Shown piece after piece: positions 39,401 through 54,200 of a stretch of DNA of 64,000 nucleotides. The notes under the pieces are model-generated. The model ran no database searches. It had not been told where the DNA came from and saw only the letters and a program-made list of their open reading frames with translations. The DNA comes from Mytilus edulis (taxonomy: Eukaryota). Position numbers and translations under genes: made by a program. The stretch spans positions 45,198,001-45,262,000 of the forward strand of contig NC_092351.1 of the NCBI RefSeq assembly GCF_963676685.1. Reading direction: 5' to 3'. Position 1 is the stretch's first letter. The number at the start of each line of letters is the position of its first letter.

Positions 39401-39870
39401 TTACGTAAATATTCTCTCTTCTTTTACATTATGTAAATAATACTTATCGTAAACTTCAAATATAGATGATATGCAGGTCCAATAAAATATATCAGGCTTT
39501 TAATCGCTTCAAATCACATAATATTCATCATGAATGCTTTGCAAATCATGTCATAGACGTTAAGCAAACTAAATGGATCATTAAAAATTAAATGTCGATT
39601 ATTCAGTCCATGTACAACGTTGCATGTATAATGAATCAAAGCATTGACAATAAACACGATTTAGTTCTATTGTGACCAGATTGAAATATATTTTAGTCAT
39701 AATTTATGTGCGTACAGTTTCAGGGTAAAACATTTCAAATGATTTTTTTCATTTTGTCTGATTGCCTTGACATCTGCAAAGTAAAGTATTTAAGAACGTT
39801 GATGATAACTATAACAAAAAATAAAAATCACAGTTTCTTTCTTATAAAACGTTTTACAAATATGTATATA

Positions 39871-42175
39871 CTCGAGGCTGAGGTTGACAAATTAGACTTT
39901 AAATGTAGGGACTGTGTCATAACATTGATTATCGATTTAAACCCGTCAAAGATAATGTTGACCGTCTACCATATATACTGGTTCATTTGAATTAAATTAA
40001 TTTATAGTGTTATACCGAACATGTTACAAATGTTTATATATTCTGATATCATTGCTTACGATTGCAGGACAGGATGGGTATACGTTTAAGCCGCGAGGGA
40101 TTAGCAGTATTGCAGGTATCCGTATATTGTTTTTTTTTTAATTTGAATTCATCTTAAGGTTACAACGTCCTCATCTTAGCAATTTAGCACACACAAAATG
40201 CAATGCTTCTATAGGTTACATGATAGAGTAAAAACAGTTTACAGGATAGATGTTGATACTGGTGTTATATCGTGAACGTACATTCCTAGGCCTGTTATCA
40301 AAAACAAAAAGGCAAAAAAGTAAAACATATTTGAGGGAACTATTTGATGTTGGGTTTATTAGAAAAGGGAAAAAAATATGAACATTAAAATTGCTGTCTT
40401 AGACTTACACTGCTGGTGGCTGAAACCCAATTTTTATAGGTATTTTTCGTTACAACATGGAAAAAGAAAAAAGCAATCTGTCAATACACAGAAAAAATAT
40501 ATTGAACTTTTGTTCGTACACACCACCTTATTTGCCATGGAAAACAAGCTGACATTTGTAATTTAATTTCTTGCATCCTCTTAAAATGAACTTTGGGGGA
40601 TAGTTGTCTCATTGGTAATCTTACCACATATTTTTTTTCTCGATACCTTTGTTAAATCGCCAAAAATCCTTTCCAACATGGTAACAGGAGAGACAAAATA
40701 TTGCAACACATAACACAAAATGTTTCACTACTTCGTTTATGATGTTATAAAGATTGCAATTGATAATACATGTAATATGTGTTCTAAAAATATTTTTTTG
40801 TTATAATTTGCTTACAAAGAGGTTGTTTTAAACTATTTACTTTAATCTAATTTTGCAACTTCAAAAGTCGACATATTTTGAAAATGACACATACAATTAG
40901 GAGATAAATGTATTGTTTTTAAGGTTCTACGGCATCAAATGGCACATGGTGCCGTTGGAGCTTAAAAAACAATATTGTTTTATCCATTTTAATGAAACTG
41001 ACTGAAAACAACGTCAAAATCATACATTTAAAATCAGCCTTACGTCGTCTGCGTTTACGACTACGTTTTCATAGCATCAATTGTGAATTGATGCAATGAA
41101 AATTGGTGGCGTTATCAAATAAAAAAAAACAAAAAAAAAACGTTACAAACAATTTTCATTAGAATAAACGGCGTTGCATTATTTGTAACTAATCCATAAG
41201 GTCTGAACTCGAGTTAACGCACCGTTAAGTTAAAAGCTCCGTCGATATAGTTTTAAAATTGTAAAATTAAAAATACTAAGTACATGAACATGTACATTTG
41301 TAGGTTTAATTTAAAATGGTAGACTGAGGGTTTCTGCCTTTTTGTCCCGAACTCCTTATTTTCTACTTCTTCTCTCTCTTTTAATGTTGAATTCATTTCC
41401 TTTCTCTAATCTCCTTGCCCCATGTCAGTGCTCCAAATGGAAGACAGATTATGAAAATTATAATATTTCTTCCTCATGAAATAAATGTTTTGAAATATTC
41501 GTTTAATACGGAATATTTACTATGGAATAATCAATGATAATGTTTGAAAAGGACATATGTTATAAGGAACGAATACATTTTGTTTATATCTGAACAAAAT
41601 GAAATATGGAGATGTGGGATGGTTGCCAATGATCATGAGACAATGAGACAACAATTAATCAGAGTACAGCTTATAACTATGAGAAAAATCCATACCGTAT
41701 ATTCAACTTTAATAGGCCCGACTTGAAAAATGTAAAATGATTAACATCCTTAGTTATAACAATACAATTTTTAAGAAAAATGATTTAAACAACCACTTAA
41801 TTACAGGCTTCTAATTTAAAGAAGGCACATAACGTATGTTGCGGGGTTGTATTTAACATTTTTGTGAGCGATGAATCCCCATAAATCGGGATAGTGGTGT
41901 AACTGTATCACGTAAGAACTAACTGTTGAAAATAGCTGAAATTAAAAGATTAGTACAAAGCACAAACAACAAATAACATCAAATAATAGACGATATATGC
42001 ATCCTCACAGTTGCATGAACTGAAAGCTAGTTCAAAACAATTTACATCTCATAAATAAATCCTGTTTTCCCAGTATAATGATACACAGGTTCTAGTAGTT
42101 TAAATCTTTAAATCACTTTTGTATTTTGATACAATAACCACATTTAAAGTCAAATTTGTCAACCTCAGCCTCGAG
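39871..42175. mobile_element. Putative 2.3-kb non-autonomous TIR element flanked by TA (Tc1/mariner-like); duplicate at 51695-54000
   Basis: 36-bp inverted repeat CTCGAGGCTGAGGTTGACAAATTWGACTTTAAATGT at 39871-39906 and 42140-42175 (1 mismatch); TATATA on both flanks. Confidence 0.6.
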
Positions 42176-45100
42176 TATATACCATTTCAAACATATCTAC
42201 TATATGTAACATTTTGTCAACAAAATTAATTCAATCGGCGTACATGACATGCATATCTATTCTGTTACCATCACTAAATCAATTGCTAAATTTTTCCGCT
42301 ATGAATATGGAAATATTCAGTGATTCAGATCACCAATCATCACATGTGTCTTGTATATCACTGTAGGGAAAAGAAAAGACATTAAATGGAATAAAAAGTA
42401 AGTGGATAACCTTGTATCCTGTCGTCCCTGTTACCTACAAATAATAACAACTATCTCATTAACATTGAGATAATTAATATCTACATTCAGCTGTTTTGCA
42501 ATAAAACAATAGAAACATACCGTGTTTGTATGCCATTCTGGTGAATATGAATGCTAACTGTAACAATGACGATAATTCATTCTACAGCGAAATTTAAAAG
42601 CCGAACAAATAATTTCGATATGTAGTGGAAAACGACCTAGAGCTTACACACAGCTAAATTAGTTGATTTACAATAAACTCTAAGTATATACTTGTACAAT
42701 TCCAGGAATAAATTTTCACAAGGAAATTAACTATACTTTTGCTCTAACTTATAAGGATTAATATTTAGTGATTTAAGATTTCAAGTGCCTCAAATTTGTG
42801 AACCACATTTTAAAATAGGCATAAATTATTTGATAGAAATATGAAGATTTGTGTCAATATTTGTCATGATACTACCAAAAACACCTTTTAGTTACATAAC
42901 AAAATCAATTTCACCTCAACATTCTCCCATCTGTTTTTTAGACTCTATAAATTTTAATAAGTTGACTAGTAATGTAGTACGAAATGTTGACGGTACACGC
43001 ATGAACACTTTATTAACATAAACTATTAACCATTAAATTTTCATACTGTCATACCGTCTTGTTTCAGATATTAGAAGGCAAGTCTTTTTTCATATTTTAT
43101 AATATTGCTTTAATTTGATATATATGCTTGTCCATGTCTATGCTTGTGAACCAAAGTTTGAAAGTCAAATCATGTTTATCGATCTAAAATGGATCTTTTA
43201 TTAACCTTGTCTATTTTGCAGGGAAATTCAAATGGTTAATATCAAGACAGGGTTATCTTTATTTAATTCATCATGTATGTTTGATAAAGTTTATATGCGA
43301 CGACGATGGTATTTCAATATCCATAACGATTTTTTTCTCCTAAAATATCAAAAAGTTATATCAAGAAGAATTCGTTGCAGCATCCTGGTTTCTAGTCAAG
43401 TGTGTTGTTGCATTTTGCTATAGTTTTGGTTTAACTATTTTTTGATAATGTGCTGTTTCTTATGAACGTTAAACTATAGAAAATTACCTTTCTTTTCTTG
43501 TTTTCACACTAGAATTATAGTAATGATATGATATGATGGAATGCGTTGCAAGACCTGTAATAAAGTGTCCGATTGTTATTACTTACTATGTAACAACATT
43601 CAGTTTCCAAACTACAATTGGTCAAACTCATAAAGGGTAGCGATTAAAATCTTTCAATTACTTATTCGAATATTAAATTTATGTGATTGACTATCAAAAA
43701 TTATGACATGCTATTTTGTTCATTAAGGTTGCAGAATGTTACATCGAAGTTTGTATTAATTCAACTAATAATTAATTTCTATTGTTCAAATTAGATTTAC
43801 TATAATGTCTGACTTGGATATAGAAATAGGGTCATCCATCGCATCTCTACAGTCGGTCAGTAAAACATTGCTGACGATGTTGGGCGTTGGTGTGGCTTGG
43901 TGTTTCTTTAAATACGCAACCACGTACGATTGGAATTGGGACTTTTAATCTGTACCTCGTTTGGAGAGAGTGACACACTATCTCCACGTTAGAGAAATCT
44001 TACAACAACTTCGAAGGGGTCTGTAAGATACTTTTTGCATGGTGTAAATTCTGCCCATTATCCGATCCCTTGACCGTCAAAATTCTTGCCATGTCCCCAT
44101 TGTAAAAAGGGCATTGAAAATATATCTCGGTTTCACAAATGGATTTAGTTTTAACTGATTTAAATAAAAGTTTATTATAAACTGATACAATATTTTCTTC
44201 CAAGAAGATGGTGTATAATTGCCAATGAGACAAACCTCCTCCAGATACACACGATAGTGGAATGAAGCAACTACATTCCGCACTAGAGGTTATCGTACGA
44301 CCGTCAACAATGATCAAATCCCATATCACATAGGAAGCTATACAAGGTCCAGGCATGACAAAAGTGGAACATTCGAACGAGATAACAAACGGTCTAAGTT
44401 ATGCTTAAACACTGAACGAAAATAAAATATGGCATCCGACAACGATTACTATATCACAGGCTCCTGACTGCCGGCAGTCACAACACGATTGGGTAGGGTT
44501 ATACATGTTTGTAAGTTCTCAAAACTTCCATCTCAACCTAATACTGTGGTGTAACAGCACAACATAAGAACAAACTGTAAAAATGATTTATAAAGGATTT
44601 CTTTTTCATTAGATTGGAGAAAAACATAAAAAGTAGGATGTTACCGATCTAAGAGTACTCCCAATTACAGAAAGCTATTTAGAAACAAATAACGATTACT
44701 ACATAAATCAGGTGTCCAAACATATGTCTATATGAATAATTCATGCAAGCGTCTATTCATTGCTGTATCTCTTTCAAATCAAATACCAAAACAGTGGTAT
44801 ATTTTCAATTCAATGTGTCCCAAATGAAACGTCATTGGGACGTGACTTCACATATCAAATGACGTCATTATTGGTCATGTTGTCACTTTTTAAAATAAGC
44901 GGCAGCAAGAGGTTGAGTATTCCTGTGATTTCATTCAAACATTGATCAAAAACTGGTATTTCATTCTCTCTGATTAAAACAAAACCGGCACACATGGTTG
45001 TCGATGGTTGCTGTATGCCGCATTCGTTTTTCGTTTATTTGTTTATAGCACTCATAAGCTGGTTTTGATTCTTGTATTGTTTCACATTTGGTCATACATG

Positions 45101-46998
45101 GGGCTTTTATTACACGGTACGGATAGTACCAATTGTTGAAAGCCGTGTGGTGACATATAGTTGCTTACATTCTAGTACTTTGGTCTTTGGTTGATTGATG
45201 TCTCAATGTTAATTATACTTAAACAAATTCAACAAATATTTTACTGACAAAGTAAGATTGCGAATATAATAAAGCAACTGTTCTAGAAGTTGCTACAATA
45301 ACATTCTAACCTTGACTTATCAGTGAAAAGTGAATGGTGCAAACTGAATAGCAGTAGAATGTTTATTTCTGTTTGTTGTTATAAAAAAAGCTAAACGCTC
45401 TAAAGTGATCACAAACGTAAGCAGCATATTTCAATTTTGTCACTAATTTGTAAAATATTGAAATAAAAATGAAAATGGGTACCCATCGCAATTGGGACTG
45501 TTTATGTTATTATAACCCCGGATAGACCGAAGAGTTTATAGTCAGTGATAAACCCTTTTTATTCTTTTCTTTCTGTAGGATAATAATGAAACTTTTGTTT
45601 TGGTTTAATGTTATCATTTATATAATCTGGCTATCTATCGTAATAATTGCTTTACTGTATATAAATCATACGAGTACTCATCGTCAAATCACTTGTTACT
45701 GGGTGGGTGGCACTTCAAGTACTAACAGTTCGCAGTATCGTAAGATACTCAGATACTTTATGATGTTCTCCTTATTTTTACTTCTTTTTAGTTCATTTTC
45801 CGTCATTTATGAGATGGTCTACAATAAGAAACGTTCAAAGGTTGTTAAATGATCTTTAATGTTCATTTAAGAAAGCAAAATACTGCCTTTCATTATTTCA
45901 AAGGAGCAACTCATCCTTCAAGATCTTTCGTGCGTAACTGAAAACATCAGTTAATGGAGTATAACCGCCATATATCATGTATATGAATCTTAATAAGATG
46001 GTTTATGTAGTATGAAACATAATTTACGGAAATTTTTTTTTTTAAAATCGACTATGAATTATTTAATAAAACGTAGTAAATCGGATATGCTAGTCAATGA
46101 TACAATGAAAGAAATGTATGTAGGTCACCGGCTTTCAGCTATAAGTAGAACCCATCCAGTATATTAAGCTATAAATTGTGTATATGTACTTGTTTTGTTA
46201 TTATCAGATTCTGCATGTTTCGGGTCTTTGAATCTGAGTTATATTGCATTTAAAAATGTCAACCGTAATGGCCTTTATAACATATTTGCTCTCTGATTCA
46301 GTATTCGTTAATGGAAGCTTTAACGTATGAAATTAATTAAGAAGAACTTTGTACATGATAAAATTGAAAAAAACACACAAATTCTTACTAGAACATAACT
46401 GTTAGTAGAACTCGCATATCTATACTAAAAAAGATATGTTAGCAGAACTCACAGATTCAAATTACCGCTCCCCATGTCGGAAAAGCCGGTAACTGTTTTA
46501 CGAGCAGAATGTACATGAAATGCAAAATTGTTTATATATATGGCTAAGTACATGATGGACCCTTGGAAATATCAAAACTAATTTAGACCTAAATGTATAA
46601 TGTCCGACTTACAATTTCGTAATGTGTTAAGATTGTTCGCAATTTACAATTTTACAGTGAAATAAAACGGTGTTTAATGAAAGAGTTGTTGATTCAAGTG
46701 TCATCAGATGTGTCTAATTTATTTCAGATTTTGTTATGATCAAGTTTTTCTAAAGGAATTCCTCAATCAAAACAATAAGATACATTATATAAAAACATTA
46801 AAAAGAAAGTTCCAATGCAATACGGGTTGGCAGATTGTGAAAATGTTTCAGAACAATTCGGTTAGGAAGTCCTCAAAGGAACAGCTATGAAATCCAGGTA
46901 TTCGAAAAAGTCTTCTCAAAATTAAGTCAATAAGGAAAACAATTACTTTTTTCAATGCAATACAACAGATTGTGTAAATATTTCAGCACAATCCGGTC

Positions 46999-48291
46999 AT
47001 TTCACGCAAAGATGAAAAACTGGATCTTCCATCACTGTATAGGATACATAAACTACATAAGTGTCTTTACAAATAACGGTATATTGCTGGGTCTTCCAAG
47101 TACCCCATGAAACTTCTTTTTAGATTATTTACATAAATTTTATAAGCAATCAAAGCTGGGCTTCAAAGTTATTATTATACTGCCTATGCTAGAGGTGGCG
47201 TGAATCGTAGTGGATACTGAAAATTCCAAAGATCTTTTAGAGTGCATACAATCTAAGACTCTTTCATCTTGCAAAAGTATTAAAACATTTGACTTTTCTA
47301 CACTTTACACAGGCATTCCACATTCCAAACTAAATGGCAAACTGAAAAATTGGTCCTGCTTTGTTTCATAAAAAAAGGGCCAACATTGATACAAGTATCT
47401 AGTCTAAGGGATGGATCAATCCTACTTTGTAAAAAATCACTTAGTTTAAACAAAAAATTCTCTGGAACTGACATTTTCAAGATGCTTGATTTCATGATTG
47501 ACAATATATTTGTTACGTTTGGAGGACGTGTATTCAACAAACAATCGGCATTCCCATGGGAACAAACTGTGCCCCTCTTCTTGCTGACTTGTTCCTTTAA
47601 TCATATATTGCTGCATTTAGTCAGCAATTGCTTTGGAAGAAAGAAAAGAAGTTGGCTGTATCTTTTAACTTTACTTTCAGCTATAAAGATGGTGTTCTCT
47701 TACTAAATATTTCAAAATTTGGTGACAATGTTGAACACATCTATCCAATCGAACTTCGGATCAAGGGAACAATTAACAGATACAGTTAGATCTACCTCAT
47801 ATCTTGACTTATTTCTATGATGAGGGTCGGTTAAAAACAAAAGTTTACGACAAAAGAGATGATATCAGCTTCCCAATTGTGAACTTTCCATTTTTATGTA
47901 GCAACATTCCAGCAGCGCCTGCATACGGAGCATATGTCTCCCAGTTGACATGATATTCCAGGGCTTGTATTTCCTATCATGATTTCCTTGATAGAGAGTT
48001 GTTGCTCATAAGGAACCTATCAAACCAAGAGTTGAAAGTGGAGAAGTTGAAATCATTCCTTCGTAAGTTTTACGGACGCCATCACGAGTTGGGTGACCGT
48101 TATGGAATATCCATTTCACAGATGATAGCGAATATGTACCTAATGTCGTAACTACAATCCCGTCACTTTTCCCGAATGTGACCTACCAAATTAGACTTAT
48201 TACCGGGTTTGTACTAAAATAAAGAACACAGTTGGTATCACATGTGGAGCAGGATCTAAATACTCTTCCGGGGCAGTGAGATTACCCGTAG
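46999..48291 (+). mobile_element. Penelope-like RT relic, copy 2 (segmental duplicate of copy 1)
   Basis: Near-identical to 35176-36468 at offset 11823. Confidence 0.85.
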
Positions 48292-51200
48292 TCAACCACA
48301 TTAACAGACGACAACCACTAAACGAAAGTCTAGTTAGTCTTAGATACATAGGCTGTTATTGACTTTGCACTAGCTGTCAGTATCTGTGAGTACTTTCAGA
48401 TCTGTATTTTGTGTCTTTTTTGTTGCGAGGGATGTATAAATTCCCTGTCACGTCCGATCTGTGGTTTGTTGTTTTTCCGCTAATTTGCATCGATCAAATA
48501 AGTTAAGTTTCAACTTATTTTTATAGTTTGTTATTATGATTTACTGTTACACCACTATCCCATGTAGGAGGAGTTGACGCCAGCAGACTAGTTTAACCCC
48601 GCCACATTCTATATCTGCCTGTCCCAAGTTAGGATCCTGTAATTTAGTCCTTGGTTTTGGTGCTTTATACCATAATTGTATTTCATTCATTGTTTTGTAC
48701 ATAAATGAGGCCGTTTGTTTTATGGCCCTTTATAGTTTACTATGCGGTATAGGTTTTGTTCATTGTTGAAGGCCGTATGGTAATCTATAATTGTTAACCT
48801 CTATGTCATTTAGTCTCTGATGGAGAAATGTCTCATTAGTAGTAATACGACATTTTCTTATTTTAATAATTAAAATCTATCACTAGAGCTAAATGCATTG
48901 GGATTTTCTAGCATGTTTACCATGGAGAATAGAGATATTCATTCGTGATCGATTCGAACGTTATGGTAACTTTGCCTAATCTGTTGCAAAATATTAGGAT
49001 CGATGGACTGATCTTGTTGTTCAAACATTACCCGCACCATACGAATCTACATTAATTCAAAGAGTGATATACAGGAATAATACGCAATCACGAAATGAAG
49101 ACGTAGTTACTCTTTTTGAATGGATGAAGCATGAGAGGTCAATTATAGTTGTCAACGTCTTCAGAGTTGCATGATGTAGATCATTCCTAGACAATGAGTT
49201 GTTTCATTTTATCAACCCTCATACACTAAGATATTGTCGCCATCATATCTTAACGAAAGAAAACTGTTTAAACATCGATATTTTCCTAGATGGCCTTAAC
49301 TACATTTAGATTAAACCTTTTGGTAACTTTTGAATTTCATTGCTTTTCAACTATTATTTTAGCATTCCATCGGTGGGGCATATATCGACAAATGCGTGAT
49401 ATGTATTCTTTTTATGATCAAGGTATATCTTACAGGAATTTTCCGTGCGGGTTGCAAACATTGTACTAGAAAAATTAAAATAACAAAAACAACGAACTTC
49501 GAGGATTATTTTAAACGGAAAGTCACTAATCAAATGGCAAAATCAAAAGCTCAAACAAACCAAAATGAATAGATAACAACTGTCACATTCCTGACTAGGA
49601 ACAGGTATTTTCCTATGTAGAAAATGGTGGATTAAACCTGGTTTTATAGCTAGCTAAACCTCTAACTTGTATGACATGACAGTCAACGATGCTTATAAAA
49701 CAAAGTTGGTTTGAAATTAGTTTAAGTTGAATGTGTTCGTCTATGCCAACTATTTTAGACAGTAACCTGTTAGGATCGCCAAACGTGGTTTAGAATCTGA
49801 ATCTAGTTTGAACAATAGAGAATCGTTTGTTCGTGACTTTATAACGTACGTTTCACCACAGTGACTGAAATTAAATAACAAAGTATATTTGATGAGTTTA
49901 TTTGTAACGTTTTATATTTCAGTGAACGAATACTTAGATTGCTGGTAAATCACGAAGTCGGGGACTTTGTTTCAATATATCATTTAAAATTTGACCTAAA
50001 TTTGTTAGAGAAATAAATGCTTGGTTCGAAAGTGTTGCTGTTCCTTTAGAAACCTTATTACAAACGGAATATTACATACCAGTCAAACATGGGGATAAAA
50101 CTGCTTGAAACAATAGAAACTAATTACTAGTTGAATCATTACAAACTTCGTTATAAAATTCTGCAATGTAAGCATACAGTGGGATGGCCAATTTAGTTTG
50201 TCATTACAATTGTTTGACATTTAAATACACTTAATATCTAATGAGTAAGTGACATGTACTATTCTAAGCCTCTTGTTAGGGTGACCGATTATAGTATGGA
50301 ACCTGCATCTGATAATACAAAATGAGGTATAACAATCGGATATTTAATTGCATACTGGGTTGATATTTTCAACACATTCTGTTATAACTTTTCATTGCTA
50401 TTATTCGAGTGTGAAATCAAGAAAAATAGGCAATTGGCCGTTTCAGAAACTAAAAGACATTTCTATTTAAACAAAAATTAGAGCAAAATGCAAATTACCT
50501 ACACACCAGGTTGCAACAATATTTACTAGACTTTCGTTTAGTGGTTGTCGTCTGTTAATGTGGTTGATGTTTGTATCTCGTTTCTCGTTTTTTTTATATA
50601 TACATTAAACCGTTGGTTTTCTTGTTTGAATTGTTTTACACTAGTCATTTTGGGGCCCTTTGTAGTTTTCTGTTCGATTTGAGCCAATGCTTCGTGTTGA
50701 AGGCCGTACTTTTGCCTATAATTGTTTACTTTTAACACATTGTGACTTAGATGGAGAATTGTCTCATTGGCACTCATTCCACATCTTCTTATTTTATTTC
50801 GAAATGATTTTAATCTTTGTTGTATCAGAACGACATAGGTAATCATTCTACCAAGCATTAAATGAAACTGGTATTCCCTTAAACTTTACCCCAACTGTTA
50901 GGTAATACCGCCATTCATCTGTTTTAATTATAATACTTCGCATTCTAGAGTTGATTCTCTTGTTTTACTAATGAAATGTACATGTATAACATTCTTATTC
51001 TTATTTCTGCGATAAGTATCTGAAAAGAATTGACTTCAATGAATATATTACATAATATAATATCAATACGTATACAGGCGTAAAATGAAGGTAGTTTCAA
51101 TATTCAGTTGCAGAGCTGTCACGACGTAAAATTCCGCATACTAGTATATTTGAAATTTAACCAACTTTACTGCATGTAATATCTCTTTTAATGATGTAAA

Positions 51201-54200
51201 AGCATATCGGTAAACATCCTACTTTTACGTAAATATTCTCTCTTCTTTTACATTATGTAAATAATACTTATCGTAAACTTCAAATATAGATGATATGCAG
51301 GTCCAATAAAATATATCAGGCTTTTAATCGCTTCAAATCACATAATATTCATCATGAATGCTTTGCAAATCATGTCATAGACGTTAAGCAAACTAAATGG
51401 ATCATTAAAAATTAAATGTCGATTATTCAGTCCATGTACAACGTTGCATGTATAATGAATCAAAGCATTGACAATAAACACGATTTAGTTCTATTGTGAC
51501 CAGATTGAAATATATTTTAGTCATAATTTATGTGCGTACAGTTTCAGGGTAAAACATTTCAAATGATTTTTTTCATTTTGTCTGATTGCCTTGACATCTG
51601 CAAAGTAAAGTATTTAAGAACGTTGATGATAACTATAACAAAAAATAAAAATCACAGTTTCTTTCTTATAAAACGTTTTACAAATATGTATATACTCGAG
51701 GCTGAGGTTGACAAATTAGACTTTAAATGTAGGGACTGTGTCATAACATTGATTATCGATTTAAACCCGTCAAAGTTGATGTTGACCGTCTACCATATAT
51801 ACTGGTTCATTTGAATTAAATTAATTTATAGTGTTATACCGAACATGTTACAAATGTTTATATATTCTGATATCATTGCTTACGATTGCAGGACAGGATG
51901 GGTATACGTTTAAGCCGCGAGGGATTAGCAGTATTGCAGGTATCCGTATATTGTTTTTTTTTTTATTTGAATTCATCTTAAGGTTACAACGTCCTCATCT
52001 TAGCAATTTAGCACACACAAAATGCAATGCTTCTATAGGTTACATGATAGAGTAAAAACAGTTTACAGGATAGATGTTGATACTGGTGTTATATCGTGAA
52101 CGTACATTCCTAGGCCTGTTATCAAAAACAAAAAGGCAAAAAAGTAAAACATATTTGAGGGAACTATTTGATGTTGGGTTTATTAGAAAAGGGAAAAAAA
52201 TATGAACATTAAAATTGCTGTCTTAGACTTACACTGCTGGTGGCTGAAACCCAATTTTTATAGGTATTTTTCGTTACAACATGGAAAAAGAAAAAAGCAA
52301 TCTGTCAATACACAGAAAAAATATATTGAACTTTTGTTCGTACACACCACCTTATTTGCCATGGAAAACAAGCTTACATTTGTAATTTAATTTCTTGCAT
52401 CCTCTTAAAATGAACTTTGGGGGATAGTTGTCTCATTGGTAATCTTACCACATATTTTTTTTCTCGATACCTTTGTTAAATCGCCAAAAATCCTTTCCAA
52501 CATGGTAACAGGAGAGACAAAATATTGCAACACATAACACAAAATGTTTCACTACTTCGTTTATGATGTTATAAAGATTGCAATTGATAATACATGTAAT
52601 ATGTGTTCTAAAAATATTTTTTTGTTATAATTTGCTTACAAAGAGGTTGTTTTAAACTATTTACTTTAATCTAATTTTGCAACTTCAAAAGTCGACATAT
52701 TTTGAAAATGACACATACAATTAGGAGATAAATGTATTGTTTTTAAGGTTCTACGGCATCAAATGGCACATGGTGCCGTTGGAGCTTAAAAAACAATATT
52801 GTTTTATCCATTTTAATGAAACTGACTGAAAACAACGTCAAAATCATACATTTAAAATCAGCCTTACGTCGTCTGCGTTTACGACTACGTTTTCATAGCA
52901 TCAATTGTGAATTGATGCAATGAAAATTGGTGGCGTTATCAAATAAAAAAAAACAAAAAAAAAAACGTTACAAACAATTTTCATTAGAATAAACGGCGTT
53001 GCATTATTTGTAACTAATCCATAAGGTCTGAACTCGAGTTAACGCACCGTTAAGTTAAAAGCTCCGTCGATATAGTTTTAAAATTGTAAAATTAAAAATA
53101 CTAAGTACATGAACATGTACATTTGTAGGTTTAATTTAAAATGGTAGACTGAGGGTTTCTGCCTTTTTGTCCCGAACTCCTTATTTTCTACTTCTTCTCT
53201 CTCTTTTAATGTTGAATTCATTTCCTTTCTCTAATCTCCTTGCCCCATGTCAGTGCTCCAAATGGAAGACAGATTATGAAAATTATAATATTTCTTCCTC
53301 ATGAAATAAATGTTTTGAAATATTCGTTTAATACGGAATATTTACTATGGAATAATCAATGATAATGTTTGAAAAGGACATATGTTATAAGGAACGAATA
53401 AATTTTGTTTATATCTGAACAAAATGAAATATGGAGATGTGGGATGGTTGCCAATGATCATGAGGCAATGAGACAACAATTAATCAGAGTACAGCTTATA
53501 ACTCGGAGAAAAATCCATACCGTATATTCAACTATAATAGGCCCGACTTGAAAAATGTAAAATGATTAACATCCTTAGTTATAACAATACAATTTTCAAG
53601 AAAAATGATTTAAACAACCACTTACTTACAGGCTCCTAATTTAAAGAAGGCACATAACGTATGTTGCGGGGTTGTATTTAACATTTTTGTGAGCGATGAA
53701 TCCCCATAAATCGGGATAGTGGTGTAACTGTACCACGTAAGAACTAACTGTTGAAAATAGCTGAAATTAAAAGATTAGTACAAAGCACAAACAACAAATA
53801 ACATCAAACAATAGACAATATATGCATCCTCACAGTTGCATGAACTGAAAGCTAGTTCAAAACAATTTACAACTCATAAGTAAATCCTGTTTTCCCAGTA
53901 TAATGATACACAGGTTCTAGTAGTTTAAATCTTTAAATCACTTTTGTATTTTGATACAATAACCACATTTAAAGTCAAATTTGTCAACCTCAGCCTCGAG
54001 TATATACCTTTTCAAACATATCTACTATATGTAACATTTTTTCAACAAAATTAATTCAATCGGCGTACATGACATGCATATCTATTCTGTTACCACCACT
54101 AAATCAATTGCTAAATTTTTCCGCTATGAATATGGAAATATTCAGTGATTCAGATCACCAATCATCACATGTTTCTTGTATATCACTGTAGGGAAAAGAA

